From the IMG/VR virus record IMGVR_UViG_3300022561_000009: a stretch of 64,000 nt of DNA, one strand, 5' to 3'. The DNA is from a virus. The notes under the pieces were generated by a model, which searched no databases, was not told where the DNA came from, and was given only the letters and a program-made list of their open reading frames with translations. Both the position numbers and the translations under genes were made by a program. Within the stretch, counting starts at the first letter, position 1. Every line of letters begins with the position of its first letter. This document shows, piece by piece, positions 51,058 to 60,847 of this stretch.

Positions 51058-51801
51058 CTAGAATGGATAAAGATTTAATGGTATATCCAACCCAGCATCA
51101 GCAATGACGACTTCCTTACCTGTCAACTCTGTAATTTCTCGGACCATTCTTTCGGAATTGCTGTTACTATCTGACAGATGCAAGAGTACGATTTGTTCAA
51201 CCCACGTTAAATCGTTGGCAGCTAGAAAATCTTTAACATGCTCTAATGAAAAATGGCTTTCAAGTAATCTGTTTTTCATGCCTTGAGCGATAAAACCATC
51301 TTTTATGTTTTGGTCTAGGGTATCTTTGCAGAAATTCGATTCTATAAGAACATAATTAAGGTTTTTGAATTTGTTCCGGATGAAATAGGTATCTGTTGCA
51401 AAGAGAACTCGTTCACGTGTTGGTTTATAGTAAATTAAATAACCTAATGGATTAACCGCGTCATGCTCTGTTTTGAAAGGCAAAATGATGAAATCTCCTA
51501 TTGAAAACTGAACACCATCGTCAACCATTTGCGTTCTGTGGCTCTCAGTTATACCTATTTCCTGTGCGGTTTGCAAACTAGTGTAAACGTCTATCCCTGC
51601 CCTAATTACGTCTTTAACTGCCTTGCAATGGTCCTTGTGTTCGTGAGAAATTAGACAGGCTTGAATGTTGGATAAGTTGAAATCTAATGCTTGCTGTATC
51701 TTCCGGAAAGGAAGACCGCATTCAATCATCAGACTTCCCGTTTCCGTTTCCAAAATATATGCGTTTCCCGAACTTCCGCTGCCAATTACTTTAAGATTCA
51801 T
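51058..51801 (-). CDS. metallo-beta-lactamase-fold hydrolase (probable recombination nuclease partner of RecT)
   Basis: LISHEHKDHCKA is the HxHxDH motif. Directly downstream of recT. Confidence 0.7.
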   Translation of the reverse strand: MNLKVIGSGSSGNAYILETETGSLMIECGLPFRKIQQALDFNLSNIQACLISHEHKDHCKAVKDVIRAGIDVYTSLQTAQEIGITESHRTQMVDDGVQFSIGDFIILPFKTEHDAVNPLGYLIYYKPTRERVLFATDTYFIRNKFKNLNYVLIESNFCKDTLDQNIKDGFIAQGMKNRLLESHFSLEHVKDFLAANDLTWVEQIVLLHLSDSNSNSERMVREITELTGKEVVIADAGLDIPLNLYPF

Positions 51802-52704
51802 CTAAAAGCCGGGGCCCTTACTCGCTTTTTCCTCAGCCTTCTTATCCATCTCAACTATTTCCGCATCGGTAATGCCCTCTGGCCCATAATCCTCTTGAAC
51901 ATCAATGTCAATAAGCTCCCCGTTGGCGTTGTCCTCAATCTCAACGTCAACCCTGGCTTCTGTAATTGCATCGTCAGTTTCCTTGGCAAATTTTCCAACA
52001 ATGCTTTTGTCATTCGAGCTATTAATCACCATCTTGCAAGCTTTATTAATAACCGTCTTGACGCACATATCAGCCGTGAATTTGTCATGAACACTGTTGG
52101 GTTTGATGTGGCCAGCTCCATCTACCGGATTCATTTTGCTTTGCTTCCACGCTTGCTTGATTTGGTCAATAGATAAGACTGTTGATTCTTCTTTGCCTGA
52201 GAAATAAAGGATCGTCGCGTATGCAGCAATGATTTTATCCTTATTAACATTTTCAATCTTTTGGTTATGCTTAGTGATAATAGTCTTGCCGTGAACCTTT
52301 GAATACTCAAACTCATCGTCGGCGTAAACCGGCTCACCATAAATGTCCTTAATATCCGGATCAACCATCTTCGCAACGGCCATACTCCCGAAATAACTTC
52401 TTTGCATCATCAGCTTTTGACCGTATGCGATAAAGTAGCATTGCTTTTTATCAGGATTCAAACCTTGAACAACCATACTAAGCAGAGCGTTTGCAATACT
52501 ATCCTTCGTGCAAGTATCAAGAACAAACTTATGGTCCAAGTTTTGAGTTTCTTGAATGATTAACCACGCTGACTTCAAGGCGTTTTGTGGGATGTAATTG
52601 GTGGGGAAGGTTAATTCCCCGTTGCTTTCAAAATCCTTAACTCGGCTTACCACAATGTCCACTGTTTCTCTTTTAACCGTTAATGCTGTACTCGTGTTAG
52701 CCAT
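51802..52704 (-). CDS. recT: RecT-family single-strand annealing protein
   Basis: 300 aa. QCYFIAYGQKLMMQRSYFGSMAVAK core resembles RecT. Context SSB/nuclease. Confidence 0.7.
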   Translation of the reverse strand: MANTSTALTVKRETVDIVVSRVKDFESNGELTFPTNYIPQNALKSAWLIIQETQNLDHKFVLDTCTKDSIANALLSMVVQGLNPDKKQCYFIAYGQKLMMQRSYFGSMAVAKMVDPDIKDIYGEPVYADDEFEYSKVHGKTIITKHNQKIENVNKDKIIAAYATILYFSGKEESTVLSIDQIKQAWKQSKMNPVDGAGHIKPNSVHDKFTADMCVKTVINKACKMVINSSNDKSIVGKFAKETDDAITEARVDVEIEDNANGELIDIDVQEDYGPEGITDAEIVEMDKKAEEKASKGPGF

Positions 52705-53443
52705 CTAAATTTCCCCCTCTTATTCGTATATTTGACATATCAACATACTGAGCTTCCTTCTCAATTCCGATAAAATGACGTCCGGTATTCATTGCCGCAA
52801 TCGCTGTCGTTCCGCTTCCTATGCAGTTATCAAGAACTGTCTCACCTTCGTTTGTGTAGGTTTTAATTAAGTATTCAAAGAGTGATATAGGCTTTTGAGT
52901 AGGGTGTAGCGCGCCCTTTTGCTTGTCAGTGGAGAATGTCAATATGCTTGTTGGATATCTTTCCGTGCTGTCGTAGTCGGTTAAGCCATGTTTCCCATAA
53001 TCCTCCGTCTTGATGCAGTTTTCCTTATGCTTGGCTGAACTAACTTTCCTTTTATGGCCTAAAGTTTTCTGAGGGTTATATGTCGGAAGTTTTTTATAAA
53101 AAACCAAGATGTCTTCATGCGTTCTCATTGGCATCCTCTTAGCATTTAGAAATCCTGTAGGCGTTGTTTTCTGCCACACTAGGGAATACCTAAATAATTT
53201 CTTATTACTCATTAGAAGCATGGATGTGAACGGCTGACTGCAGGTTAAGACCATTGCTCCATTTGGCTTGATTATCCGTTCATATTGTTCCCATAGGCTA
53301 ACTTCCGGAATTACAACATCCCACTTGTTTCTAGTTACTCCATAGGGCAAATCGCAAAGGATCATATCAATACTTCCTGCAGGTATTTCTCTCATTACAT
53401 CTAAGCAATCACCCTGAATAATTGAATCTAGCACTTTATTCAC
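52697..53443 (-). CDS. DNA methyltransferase (N6-adenine/N4-cytosine, beta class)
   Basis: IQGDCLDVMREIPAGSIDMILCDLPYG (DPPY-type motif IV) and VLDNCIGSGTTAIAAMNTGRHFIGIEKEAQY (AdoMet motif I). Confidence 0.9.
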   Translation of the reverse strand: MNKVLDSIIQGDCLDVMREIPAGSIDMILCDLPYGVTRNKWDVVIPEVSLWEQYERIIKPNGAMVLTCSQPFTSMLLMSNKKLFRYSLVWQKTTPTGFLNAKRMPMRTHEDILVFYKKLPTYNPQKTLGHKRKVSSAKHKENCIKTEDYGKHGLTDYDSTERYPTSILTFSTDKQKGALHPTQKPISLFEYLIKTYTNEGETVLDNCIGSGTTAIAAMNTGRHFIGIEKEAQYVDMSNIRIRGGNLDG

Positions 53444-53446
53444 CCT

Positions 53447-53611
53447 CTAATTTTCTTCTGCGCATCTATCGCATATTGGGCCACTCGCATCATCTACGGA
53501 TTTTTGGAGATAAAGTGCTTCGTCTGGATGAACCGGTTCACCGCAAATACAACATTCTTCTTTCTCCATGCAATAAGAGCATGGAGGGTTTATATGGCAC
53601 GAACAACCCAT
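53447..53611 (-). CDS. Cys-rich small protein, 54 aa
   Basis: Manual ORF MGCSCHINPPCSYCMEKEECCICGEPVHPDEALYLQKSVDDASGPICDRCAEEN. Confidence 0.45.
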   Translation of the reverse strand: MGCSCHINPPCSYCMEKEECCICGEPVHPDEALYLQKSVDDASGPICDRCAEEN

Positions 53612-53623
53612 ATCTGTTCCCCC

Positions 53624-53893
53624 TTAATCACAATAACTTCTGTGGCAATGTGGGCAACCAGTCACTAATGAGGTTGCCGCCCTTTCCACCGTGACCCCTG
53701 TAAAATGTTTTGCATCCGGTGAATCTAATGGCACTTCGATAGCTCTGCCATTCTCAATTTTCCAACCTATTTTCCGATAAATATCCCTGTTACATTTCCA
53801 GCACCGTCCACTACCTGGAGCAAAGTGCGGACCGTTTTCCACGCAATACTCGGCTTGTTTTAGCCTGGCTAGGTCTGAATTGTACTCATCCAA
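53624..53893 (-). CDS. zinc-ribbon protein
   Basis: CWKCN ... CPHCHRSYC. TTG start 7 nt after GAGGGGGA. Confidence 0.55.
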   Translation of the reverse strand: MDEYNSDLARLKQAEYCVENGPHFAPGSGRCWKCNRDIYRKIGWKIENGRAIEVPLDSPDAKHFTGVTVERAATSLVTGCPHCHRSYCD

Positions 53894-53918
53894 TTAAATT
53901 TCCCCCTCATTTTTGGTA

Positions 53919-54245
53919 TCAAGCGAATCCTTGACACTTTTCATATAAAATCCATTGGTTGTCTCCTTGACGCTGGTAATGTCGTTCACTCAATGGGGCC
54001 ACAAGATGTATACGCCAATCGTGACTAGGATCTTTTAGGGCTTCATTCTCTACCATTTCAGCCGTCCAAAATTCATCTTCGTCAACTTGATTCTCGTCAT
54101 AAACTACTTCATGATCCTTGGTCACCGTCGCACCCCCGATACCTACCGCAATAAGCGCATCCATCGGTAAAATATCATACTGATAACCGCAGTTAAGGCA
54201 ACCGCTATGACCGCCTTCAATTGGCTTTAATCTCTCGAAACTCAT
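53919..54245 (-). CDS. hypothetical protein
   Basis: 108-aa ORF. ATGA overlap with the upstream ATPase gene. Confidence 0.55.
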   Translation of the reverse strand: MSFERLKPIEGGHSGCLNCGYQYDILPMDALIAVGIGGATVTKDHEVVYDENQVDEDEFWTAEMVENEALKDPSHDWRIHLVAPLSERHYQRQGDNQWILYEKCQGFA

Positions 54246-56242
54246 CCGTTTACCTCCACTCTCAATACTGAATCCTTCTCACTGACAACCAACTTAATAA
54301 CCTGCGACTTAATTTCCACAAACCCCGTAACAGACTCAGCATTGTCAACAAATATCGGACACGTAACCCCGTAAAACTCCGACAACATCTGGATAATTGA
54401 TAATCCGGCGTTAATCTTCCCGCCGTTGTTTGCCCCGTCGAATTCAACCCAAACACCATTTGTGTTAACAAGCGTCTTGCAGACTTCTTTCTCAGTCCCA
54501 TCATTCAGCACATCAAACAACTTGAACTTAACCGTCTCAAACCTGTTATTAATGCTATCCTCTAGCATTTTCACCTTTGCGCTAGTGAATTGTTTAATCA
54601 GGGAATCTTGACGTTCGTATTCACTAAGCTCCCCAGCCAACTTGCTTTCTTCTGCTTTGAGTTCATCAATGCGCACCTTGGCTTTTTCGACGACTTCCTT
54701 TTGATTGAGCGTTCTATTTAATTCCTCGATAAGTTCGGTAGTTTCTTTTCTTCTTGCCAGGACTTCTGAACTTGTGTCCTCAATGGGTTTATTTAATTCG
54801 GTATTCAAGGACTCAAGTTCGGCAGTTAAGGTCGTGTACTTTTCATCAAGTTCATAATCAGTAAAGCTGCCGTGTTGCTTCTGCTCGACTTCAATTTCCC
54901 TTTCGAGTTCAGCAAGGCGTTCGTTTGTCTTATTCAACGATGCTTCAAGCGTGGAAAGTACCACATCATCTGCAACCTTTTCCCCATTGATAACCTCGCA
55001 TCGTTCCGTTGCATCTATGCCCTTTTTGCTAATAGAAGCAAGCACTTGAGCTTTGTTCTTGTCAAAATTGGCCTTTAACTTGTCGATCTTTTCTTGAGTT
55101 TTACCTTCGGGCAATGCTTGTTCGCAAGTTGGGCAATTAAAGCCTTCGGGAGAAACAAACTGTTTCACATTTTCCTCTTTCCATGTGTCACGAAGTTCGA
55201 TGATTGATTTAGCAATTGCGTCAAGCTCTGCAAGTCTTGATTCAGACTTACCACCCAACCCTTTAACTTCTAAGGAAATGCGGTATTTATCGCCATCAAG
55301 TTTAGATTTTTCATCAATAGCCATCTTCAAGCCAGCCATTGAATAATCGTCAAGTTCCTTTTTACGAGCAACTATCTTGTCATTCAACCTAAATGCCTGT
55401 TGCTGTTTCTGGCGGTACAAATTTGCTCCGTTGGCATTCGTAGCAAGTTCGGATTCAATGCCTTCCAGCGTGGTCTTGTGACCTGTCAACGTGTTTTCTA
55501 TTGCCGTGTAATCAACAACATCTGTTGGGATAGTTCGTTTCTGCTCATCAATGCGTGAAGGTATTCCCTCCATGCTTGATTTACTGTTTTTGATCTTCTC
55601 GGCAACAACTAATTTATGGTTGTCAATTGTTCTGCCGGAATTTATGACCATTTGCAAATCGAGCATACTTTTGTCGCCAATTGTTACGAGAGAATCAATA
55701 ACATCCGAATCCGATAAATCACCGGATATTTCAAACAGAATCTTACGCCGTTCCTGCCATCCAAATCCTTTACCGTCCGTATTGAAAAAGAGGGGATTTG
55801 TTAAGAGCTTGAATATGTTTTCCTTGATAATCATGTTAATTTCAAGTGCATATTCGCTGGCCTTTACCGGAACATCATCCACCCAATATGAAGTTTCATT
55901 GCCTTTAAATACCTTTTCTTCAACGCCTCGAACTTTTGTCCATTTTTCCATTAATGCTCTTTTGAGCCTCAACGGCTTACCGCCTACCAATAAAATGCCC
56001 TCAACGATGCTTTCTAGGTGGTGTCGTTCATTTCCATCCTCATCCTGAGGTTTGATATTGAAATCGCTACGGTTGAAACTGTCTTTTCCGAATAATAGGA
56101 ACAGAAACGCATTATAGATGCTGGATTTTCCCGTTGCATTTTTTCCGTATATATCCGCATTTTTACCGTCAAGGATTAGCGAAAAATCCTCAATACCTTT
56201 AAAGTTTTTAAGATTAAGACTCTGTAACGTGATGTTTGTCAT
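54242..56242 (-). CDS. SMC/Rad50/SbcC-like AAA ATPase with long coiled coil
   Basis: N-terminal Walker A (LKNFKGIEDFSL...IYGKNATGKSSIYNAFLF), central coiled coil with CPTC hook-like motif, C-terminal Walker B-like FVDNAES. Confidence 0.8.
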   Translation of the reverse strand: MTNITLQSLNLKNFKGIEDFSLILDGKNADIYGKNATGKSSIYNAFLFLLFGKDSFNRSDFNIKPQDEDGNERHHLESIVEGILLVGGKPLRLKRALMEKWTKVRGVEEKVFKGNETSYWVDDVPVKASEYALEINMIIKENIFKLLTNPLFFNTDGKGFGWQERRKILFEISGDLSDSDVIDSLVTIGDKSMLDLQMVINSGRTIDNHKLVVAEKIKNSKSSMEGIPSRIDEQKRTIPTDVVDYTAIENTLTGHKTTLEGIESELATNANGANLYRQKQQQAFRLNDKIVARKKELDDYSMAGLKMAIDEKSKLDGDKYRISLEVKGLGGKSESRLAELDAIAKSIIELRDTWKEENVKQFVSPEGFNCPTCEQALPEGKTQEKIDKLKANFDKNKAQVLASISKKGIDATERCEVINGEKVADDVVLSTLEASLNKTNERLAELEREIEVEQKQHGSFTDYELDEKYTTLTAELESLNTELNKPIEDTSSEVLARRKETTELIEELNRTLNQKEVVEKAKVRIDELKAEESKLAGELSEYERQDSLIKQFTSAKVKMLEDSINNRFETVKFKLFDVLNDGTEKEVCKTLVNTNGVWVEFDGANNGGKINAGLSIIQMLSEFYGVTCPIFVDNAESVTGFVEIKSQVIKLVVSEKDSVLRVEVNG

Positions 56243-56757
56243 TTATTTTCCCCCTCAACATATTCTTCATGACACAAAGGACATTCAAGCCATTCCCTAC
56301 CTGGATAATCTCTTGTTTGTTTCTCGATCTTCGCCTCAAGTTCACGCCCATCGTTCGGGCATCTATCCTCAGCCAAGGCATCATCATGGACTAAATCTTC
56401 TAAGACTGAGTACAAATGTGCCCCAACCCATTCCATAGCAGACCATTCTTTTCCGTTTGCCTCACGACCCTTTGACTGATTAAGTATCGTTAATTGGTCC
56501 AGTACATCTGCCCAACCGATGCTGTCAATAATTGCCCCTGCTAGAAATCTGATTGCAATATCGACGCTTTGCTTTGTGTGGGTATCGTCAAATAATTGGT
56601 TGATTTCCTTCATAAACTTACCGCATTTATTTTCAGCCATTGGGTAATTACATATAAAACATTTCGAGCATGGCTTTGGTTCTGGCCTCGGCCTATTAAC
56701 TGGGCAATCTGGATGACACCCGCCGCAAGTTGATATTCCTAAACAACTGTTGTCCAT
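56239..56757 (-). CDS. hypothetical Cys-rich protein
   Basis: N-terminal CGGCHPDCP...CSKCFIC cluster and C-terminal CPLCH. 172 aa. Confidence 0.55.
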   Translation of the reverse strand: MDNSCLGISTCGGCHPDCPVNRPRPEPKPCSKCFICNYPMAENKCGKFMKEINQLFDDTHTKQSVDIAIRFLAGAIIDSIGWADVLDQLTILNQSKGREANGKEWSAMEWVGAHLYSVLEDLVHDDALAEDRCPNDGRELEAKIEKQTRDYPGREWLECPLCHEEYVEGENK

Positions 56758-56772
56758 TTTGATTGCTCCTTT

Positions 56773-57633
56773 CTAATCTTCATCATCATAAAACTCCATA
56801 TCCAGTTGTCCCTCTACTCCGTCCCTCTTGGTTCCGTATATCCACCAATCCATCATTTCGTCAGGCGTGGTAAACTGTGGCCTTATCCCCTTTTCCTTAG
56901 TCTTTTCTAAGTACGCTGGGAGAAACTTGCCTATTGCTCTTTTGTAATTTGCTAAGTATTTAGGGTAACGCTCAAATTCTATAATCCGTTTCTTATCTGC
57001 CATTGGACAACCAATGCAACCGATCCGCGTAAATCCTTGATCGTACAGAACACAATACTTTAATCCGCGACCCTTAATGAACTCCCATACATCCTCGTCT
57101 TCCCAATCGATAATAGGGTTAATAACACGTTTGCCCTTTTGCAAGCAGTTCTCGAACATCATGCGCCCTTCATCGTTATCATTGAATAGTTTTGCATCTT
57201 TAAACTTCTTAGCAACAACCTCAAAAGGCCTTCTTGCACTTCTCGCGTTACTCTCTGCCCACCTAACTCCTGTCACGCATATCCTACCTTCGCCACCGCC
57301 CTCCTTAAGTATTGAGCAGCACCATCTCCTCAATCTTGTCGGCAATCCCTTTCTAGCAATTAGTTTCCACATTGACTCTTTGGGTTTATCTATAATCACA
57401 TCTGGATAATTGTCTTTAATGAAGTGGACTAACTCGGGGGGGTCAACTGTGGTCAGATTGTAGTGAGCATCAAACTTCACTCCTGCTTCTTTTGCTAAGT
57501 GGTAGATTGTTTGCGAATCCTTTCCCCCTGAGAAGGCCAGATAATAGCCCTCAGGGGGTTCAAAGTATTGTAGGCGGTCAATGGCTACAGCTACGCGGTC
57601 TACTGTGTCAAACAGGTTTTTGTCTATTAACAC
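56773..57633 (-). CDS. PAPS-reductase-family (IbrA/DndC-like) ATP-pyrophosphatase-fold protein
   Basis: YLAFSGGKDSQTIYHLAKEAGV is the SGGKDS PP-loop. C-terminal RIGCIGCPMA Cys pair. Confidence 0.8.
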   Translation of the reverse strand: MLIDKNLFDTVDRVAVAIDRLQYFEPPEGYYLAFSGGKDSQTIYHLAKEAGVKFDAHYNLTTVDPPELVHFIKDNYPDVIIDKPKESMWKLIARKGLPTRLRRWCCSILKEGGGEGRICVTGVRWAESNARSARRPFEVVAKKFKDAKLFNDNDEGRMMFENCLQKGKRVINPIIDWEDEDVWEFIKGRGLKYCVLYDQGFTRIGCIGCPMADKKRIIEFERYPKYLANYKRAIGKFLPAYLEKTKEKGIRPQFTTPDEMMDWWIYGTKRDGVEGQLDMEFYDDED

Positions 57634-58055
57634 CCTTCACATTCCTCCCGATCATCATCCACATTCCCGCCATCCAAAAACTTAGGCTTCATCGAATGTC
57701 CTTGCCCTTGAATACTCGTGTTGCGAGATAAACTCATTAGAGTTGGTATCTTTGTGCCGCCGAGTTTGGAGCATCCGTAGCCGTGAAATCGAATACAACT
57801 AACTAGGAAATATTGACAATTTTCTTTAAAACATTGACTCTTCCTCTCCTGCTCAATTGTCATTTGGTATATCTCACTCCTTTTCGTGCTATAATTACCT
57901 TGAACAATTTTCTTCGCACCCAGCTCGTTAATGTTTGCAGCATTGACGAGCTCTTTCTTTGTCGCCAGACATAAATCTCCATAGCCACTTGAGCAACAAT
58001 ACAGAAGGCTAAACCATGAGCCAAGAACACATTTTGAGTGTGACTGATATGTCAT
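57627..58055 (-). CDS. hypothetical Cys-rich protein
   Basis: 142-aa ORF; start uncertain. Confidence 0.4.
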   Translation of the reverse strand: MTYQSHSKCVLGSWFSLLYCCSSGYGDLCLATKKELVNAANINELGAKKIVQGNYSTKRSEIYQMTIEQERKSQCFKENCQYFLVSCIRFHGYGCSKLGGTKIPTLMSLSRNTSIQGQGHSMKPKFLDGGNVDDDREECEGC

Positions 58056-58061
58056 TCCTCC

Positions 58062-58319
58062 TTAGAGTTTCGGTAGTCGCTTGAGGTCAATGTCCTTAAA
58101 TTCCAGACCACTGATTCTGACATTTCCATTCGTGTGACCGTAAATGTTGAAATATTCCGTACAGGCACCACCCCCAATGTCATGTCCCTGCATAACCATT
58201 TCGTTCATCAACTTATTGACCAAATACTCGATCTTGGCTTCATCAGGTAAATTAGCCACTTTGACAGTGATTCTTTTAGTAAATAAGTTGAACGCCCATT
58301 CGCGGATTGCTTTTTTCAT
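58062..58319 (-). CDS. hypothetical protein
   Basis: Start moved to ATG 58319 (MKKAIREW...) behind AAGGAGG. Confidence 0.5.
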   Translation of the reverse strand: MKKAIREWAFNLFTKRITVKVANLPDEAKIEYLVNKLMNEMVMQGHDIGGGACTEYFNIYGHTNGNVRISGLEFKDIDLKRLPKL

Positions 58320-58435
58320 TGGGCTTGACCTCCTTCTCCATTCGCTGGGCAATTAGAACAACATGTTCCAATGCAATCCTCTGCTTTGATATCTTCGCAT
58401 GTGATAGTTTTCATTTCTTCACCGCTGATGCTCAT
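58316..58435 (-). CDS. Cys-rich micro-protein, 39 aa
   Basis: Manual ORF MSISGEEMKTITCEDIKAEDCIGTCCSNCPANGEGGQAQ. RBS AAGGAGG. ATGA overlap downstream. Confidence 0.4.
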   Translation of the reverse strand: MSISGEEMKTITCEDIKAEDCIGTCCSNCPANGEGGQAQ

Positions 58436-58450
58436 TGACTTAACCTCCTT

Positions 58451-58594
58451 CTACTTAACAAGCTTGGATGCGAAACTCTTTAGCTGACCTTCTGACAACT
58501 TGAAGCCATACTCGTTAGCTGGATTTTTGATTGCTTTACTTTGGATGCGTTGAGCTTCTTGGTACTTTAAACGGCGCGCCTGGTCTTTACGCAT
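58451..58594 (-). CDS. small basic protein, 47 aa
   Basis: Manual ORF MRKDQARRLKYQEAQRIQSKAIKNPANEYGFKLSEGQLKSFASKLVK. RBS AAGGAGAATC. Confidence 0.45.
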   Translation of the reverse strand: MRKDQARRLKYQEAQRIQSKAIKNPANEYGFKLSEGQLKSFASKLVK

Positions 58595-58608
58595 TGTGAT
58601 TCTCCTTT

Positions 58609-58902
58609 CTACTCCACAAACGCAACTCCGATATCTTCGAGAAAGTCTATGAACTTGGACTCAAATGTCTTTTGATTTTTCACTGCGCCTTCTGAATCTT
58701 TTCCCTTTTCTCCGTATCCCTCAGTCACCAAACCTTTCTTTTCTAGGCATCCTCTGCAAACATCTTTTTGGCATGAGGCAAGATGATTTGTCCTGTAATT
58801 TACTTCTTGTTTAGGGAATTCCAAATTAGTAGTAGCCTTAAATAGATCAAACTCCCCCACGCTTTTTTTACATACATCACAGATAAAAGTTGTTGTTCTC
58901 AC
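58609..58902 (-). CDS. hypothetical zinc-ribbon protein
   Basis: CDVCKK ... CRGC. GTG start. Confidence 0.5.
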   Translation of the reverse strand: MRTTTFICDVCKKSVGEFDLFKATTNLEFPKQEVNYRTNHLASCQKDVCRGCLEKKGLVTEGYGEKGKDSEGAVKNQKTFESKFIDFLEDIGVAFVE

Positions 58903-58962
58903 TTTTAATTCACTCGCTTTCTTTTTTTTGCTACTTTGCTAACTTTTTAGCAAGCGCACGTT

Positions 58963-59208
58963 TTAATATTGTGAATTTCCCTTGAGTATTGTCCTCAATT
59001 GCCCCATAACCCTCATTACTGGATGATTATAAGTTGCCATTGCTGACATGAGTTCATCATTTTCCTCACGCTTTTGCTTGCGTGTTACCTTTTTAACTCC
59101 CCATGCAAACTTTTGAACGATGCTAGGACGCTTTTTCTCCATGTACCCCCAATAGGTTAGGCCAGCTTTCTTGGCGGCTTGGCTGATTTCGTTTGATGGA
59201 TTTGGCAA
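58963..59208 (-). CDS. hypothetical protein
   Basis: 81-aa ORF, TTG start. Confidence 0.45.
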   Translation of the reverse strand: MPNPSNEISQAAKKAGLTYWGYMEKKRPSIVQKFAWGVKKVTRKQKREENDELMSAMATYNHPVMRVMGQLRTILKGNSQY

Positions 59209-59214
59209 TTTTAT

Positions 59215-59391
59215 TCACTCACTTTCTTTTAAACGCTTTGGACACCATTTAGGGCTTGTTCTTGCTTCATTACCTGTTATGTATTTAGGCAATAACCAAG
59301 TAACGTGACACCAACGCTCCATGGCACTTGAATAATCCCTTATTGGTTCTGTTCTATAGGCTTCGCATTCCTTGCACCTTGGCACGCTCAT
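59215..59391 (-). CDS. hypothetical Cys-containing protein
   Basis: Start moved to ATG 59391 (MSVPRCKECEAY...) behind AAGGAGG. Confidence 0.45.
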   Translation of the reverse strand: MSVPRCKECEAYRTEPIRDYSSAMERWCHVTWLLPKYITGNEARTSPKWCPKRLKESE

Positions 59392-59396
59392 TTCAC

Positions 59397-59561
59397 TTAT
59401 CCTCCTTGTAAAAATAACCATGCTGCCAAAACAATCACCGCTACCCCAGATAATGTAATCCCCCAAGCGAACAAGTTGCTTTTACGTGCCTTTGCGACAA
59501 TGCGATCATGGTTGAACGCGATTACTGCGGCTGCCCCGATTGCGATTAATCCTCCGAGCAT
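59397..59561 (-). CDS. small two-TM membrane protein, 54 aa
   Basis: Manual ORF MLGGLIAIGAAAVIAFNHDRIVAKARKSNLFAWGITLSGVAVIVLAAWLFLQGG. RBS GGGAGGAA. Confidence 0.5.
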   Translation of the reverse strand: MLGGLIAIGAAAVIAFNHDRIVAKARKSNLFAWGITLSGVAVIVLAAWLFLQGG

Positions 59562-59589
59562 ATCAATTCCTCCCTTTTCACAAGTGCGT

Positions 59590-60549
59590 TTAGTGACAAA
59601 CAGGGTTAATCGAATTAATTACGCTTGCCCAGTCCGTATTACTGAATTTGTGTCTTTTGAGTCCTTTAAAATCGAAAGCTGCATCCGATTCCGTATGTTT
59701 TATTCCAGCCTTACGGCAACCTTCATCCTCCGGGGAAAAATAAAGATTATAGAACCCTACTTGATTTTTTTCTATGCTTTTAAGCGTTTCCGAGAGCTTG
59801 TTATACTTTCTCCCTAAGAAATCAAGGGGAGAGTGGTTCTCCTTAATGCCTAACATTTCTTTGATTTCGAAGTCATTCATTGTGTAATCTTTAGTTACTT
59901 TTTTGAAATACTGATATTCATACTCCGTGTAATCAATCAATACATCATTAATAAACTCGAATTGATCCGTGCATGGTAATATCTCATTGAAAATATCCTC
60001 TTTGGTTATGTCGAACCACTCGCCAATGCGTCTCTTCCCCTTAAACCTTTGGTGAAAATAACTTTCCATTTGTCCCATGTATTTTGGGAAAGTCAAGACA
60101 ATGCTAATAAGTTGAAGCTTAGGTTCCATCCCCACATGGAGAAAACTACCCTTGAGTTCAGCAAAGCGTTCTTTGATGTTGTTTGTACGTCCAATTTTGA
60201 TCATGTTGTTGTATTCGTTTTTAATGAAATAAACGCCACCCAACATATTAGAATTAAATACTTCCGCTGTAGCACAGATGCTGTCTAGACAAGAACCTGG
60301 AATTTTTGAGAAAAGTTCTCTAAGACTTTCTTCTCTCCTTTTCTTTTGCGAAGATACAGTTTCGCCGATTTCCTCTTCTTGATCCCTAGAAATTTCCGCC
60401 ATGATACTGTCGATTAATCCCTTGTCGGGGCAAGCGTTTACTATTCTTCTGAGATTTTCCTCGATATCCCGCGAACTATCATGAGCGCATAATTTGATCT
60501 CGTGCCTGATGAGCATTTTTAGCTCGTCCTTGTTAATTAAATTGTTCAT
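59590..60549 (-). CDS. T5orf172 (GIY-YIG-like) domain protein, first gene after cro
   Basis: GGVYFIKNEYNNMIKIGRTNNIKERFAELKGS...MESYFHQRFKGKRRIGEWFDI is the T5orf172/MUG113 signature. Confidence 0.8.
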   Translation of the reverse strand: MNNLINKDELKMLIRHEIKLCAHDSSRDIEENLRRIVNACPDKGLIDSIMAEISRDQEEEIGETVSSQKKRREESLRELFSKIPGSCLDSICATAEVFNSNMLGGVYFIKNEYNNMIKIGRTNNIKERFAELKGSFLHVGMEPKLQLISIVLTFPKYMGQMESYFHQRFKGKRRIGEWFDITKEDIFNEILPCTDQFEFINDVLIDYTEYEYQYFKKVTKDYTMNDFEIKEMLGIKENHSPLDFLGRKYNKLSETLKSIEKNQVGFYNLYFSPEDEGCRKAGIKHTESDAAFDFKGLKRHKFSNTDWASVINSINPVCH

Positions 60550-60587
60550 AAGTCCTCCTTATCATTTTGTGTCATTTCCGCTACTTC

Positions 60588-60809
60588 TTAGCTAAAAAAA
60601 ATCTCTTCCATTGTTTCCTTGAAATAATCTGCAATAACTTTCATTTCAGAAATTTGAAATTCCCTTTGCTTTTTTTCCCTAGCTAAGTACGAACCCTCTG
60701 AAATGCCGATTATCTTTGCCATTCTAGCCATAGATAGCCCGTGTTCTGCCCGCAATCCCTTGAGCCTTGGATACGTTACTTTTTTCACTGCTGTAGTCAA
60801 TTCTGTCAC
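60588..60809 (-). CDS. Cro-like XRE-family HTH regulator
   Basis: LKGLRAEHGLSMARMAKIIGISEGSYLAREKKQREFQISEMKVIADYF. Divergent from the cI-like gene. Confidence 0.75.
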   Translation of the reverse strand: MTELTTAVKKVTYPRLKGLRAEHGLSMARMAKIIGISEGSYLAREKKQREFQISEMKVIADYFKETMEEIFFS

Positions 60810-60847
60810 CCCTATTCCTGCCGTTGTGTATCGCTTACGACACCTTA

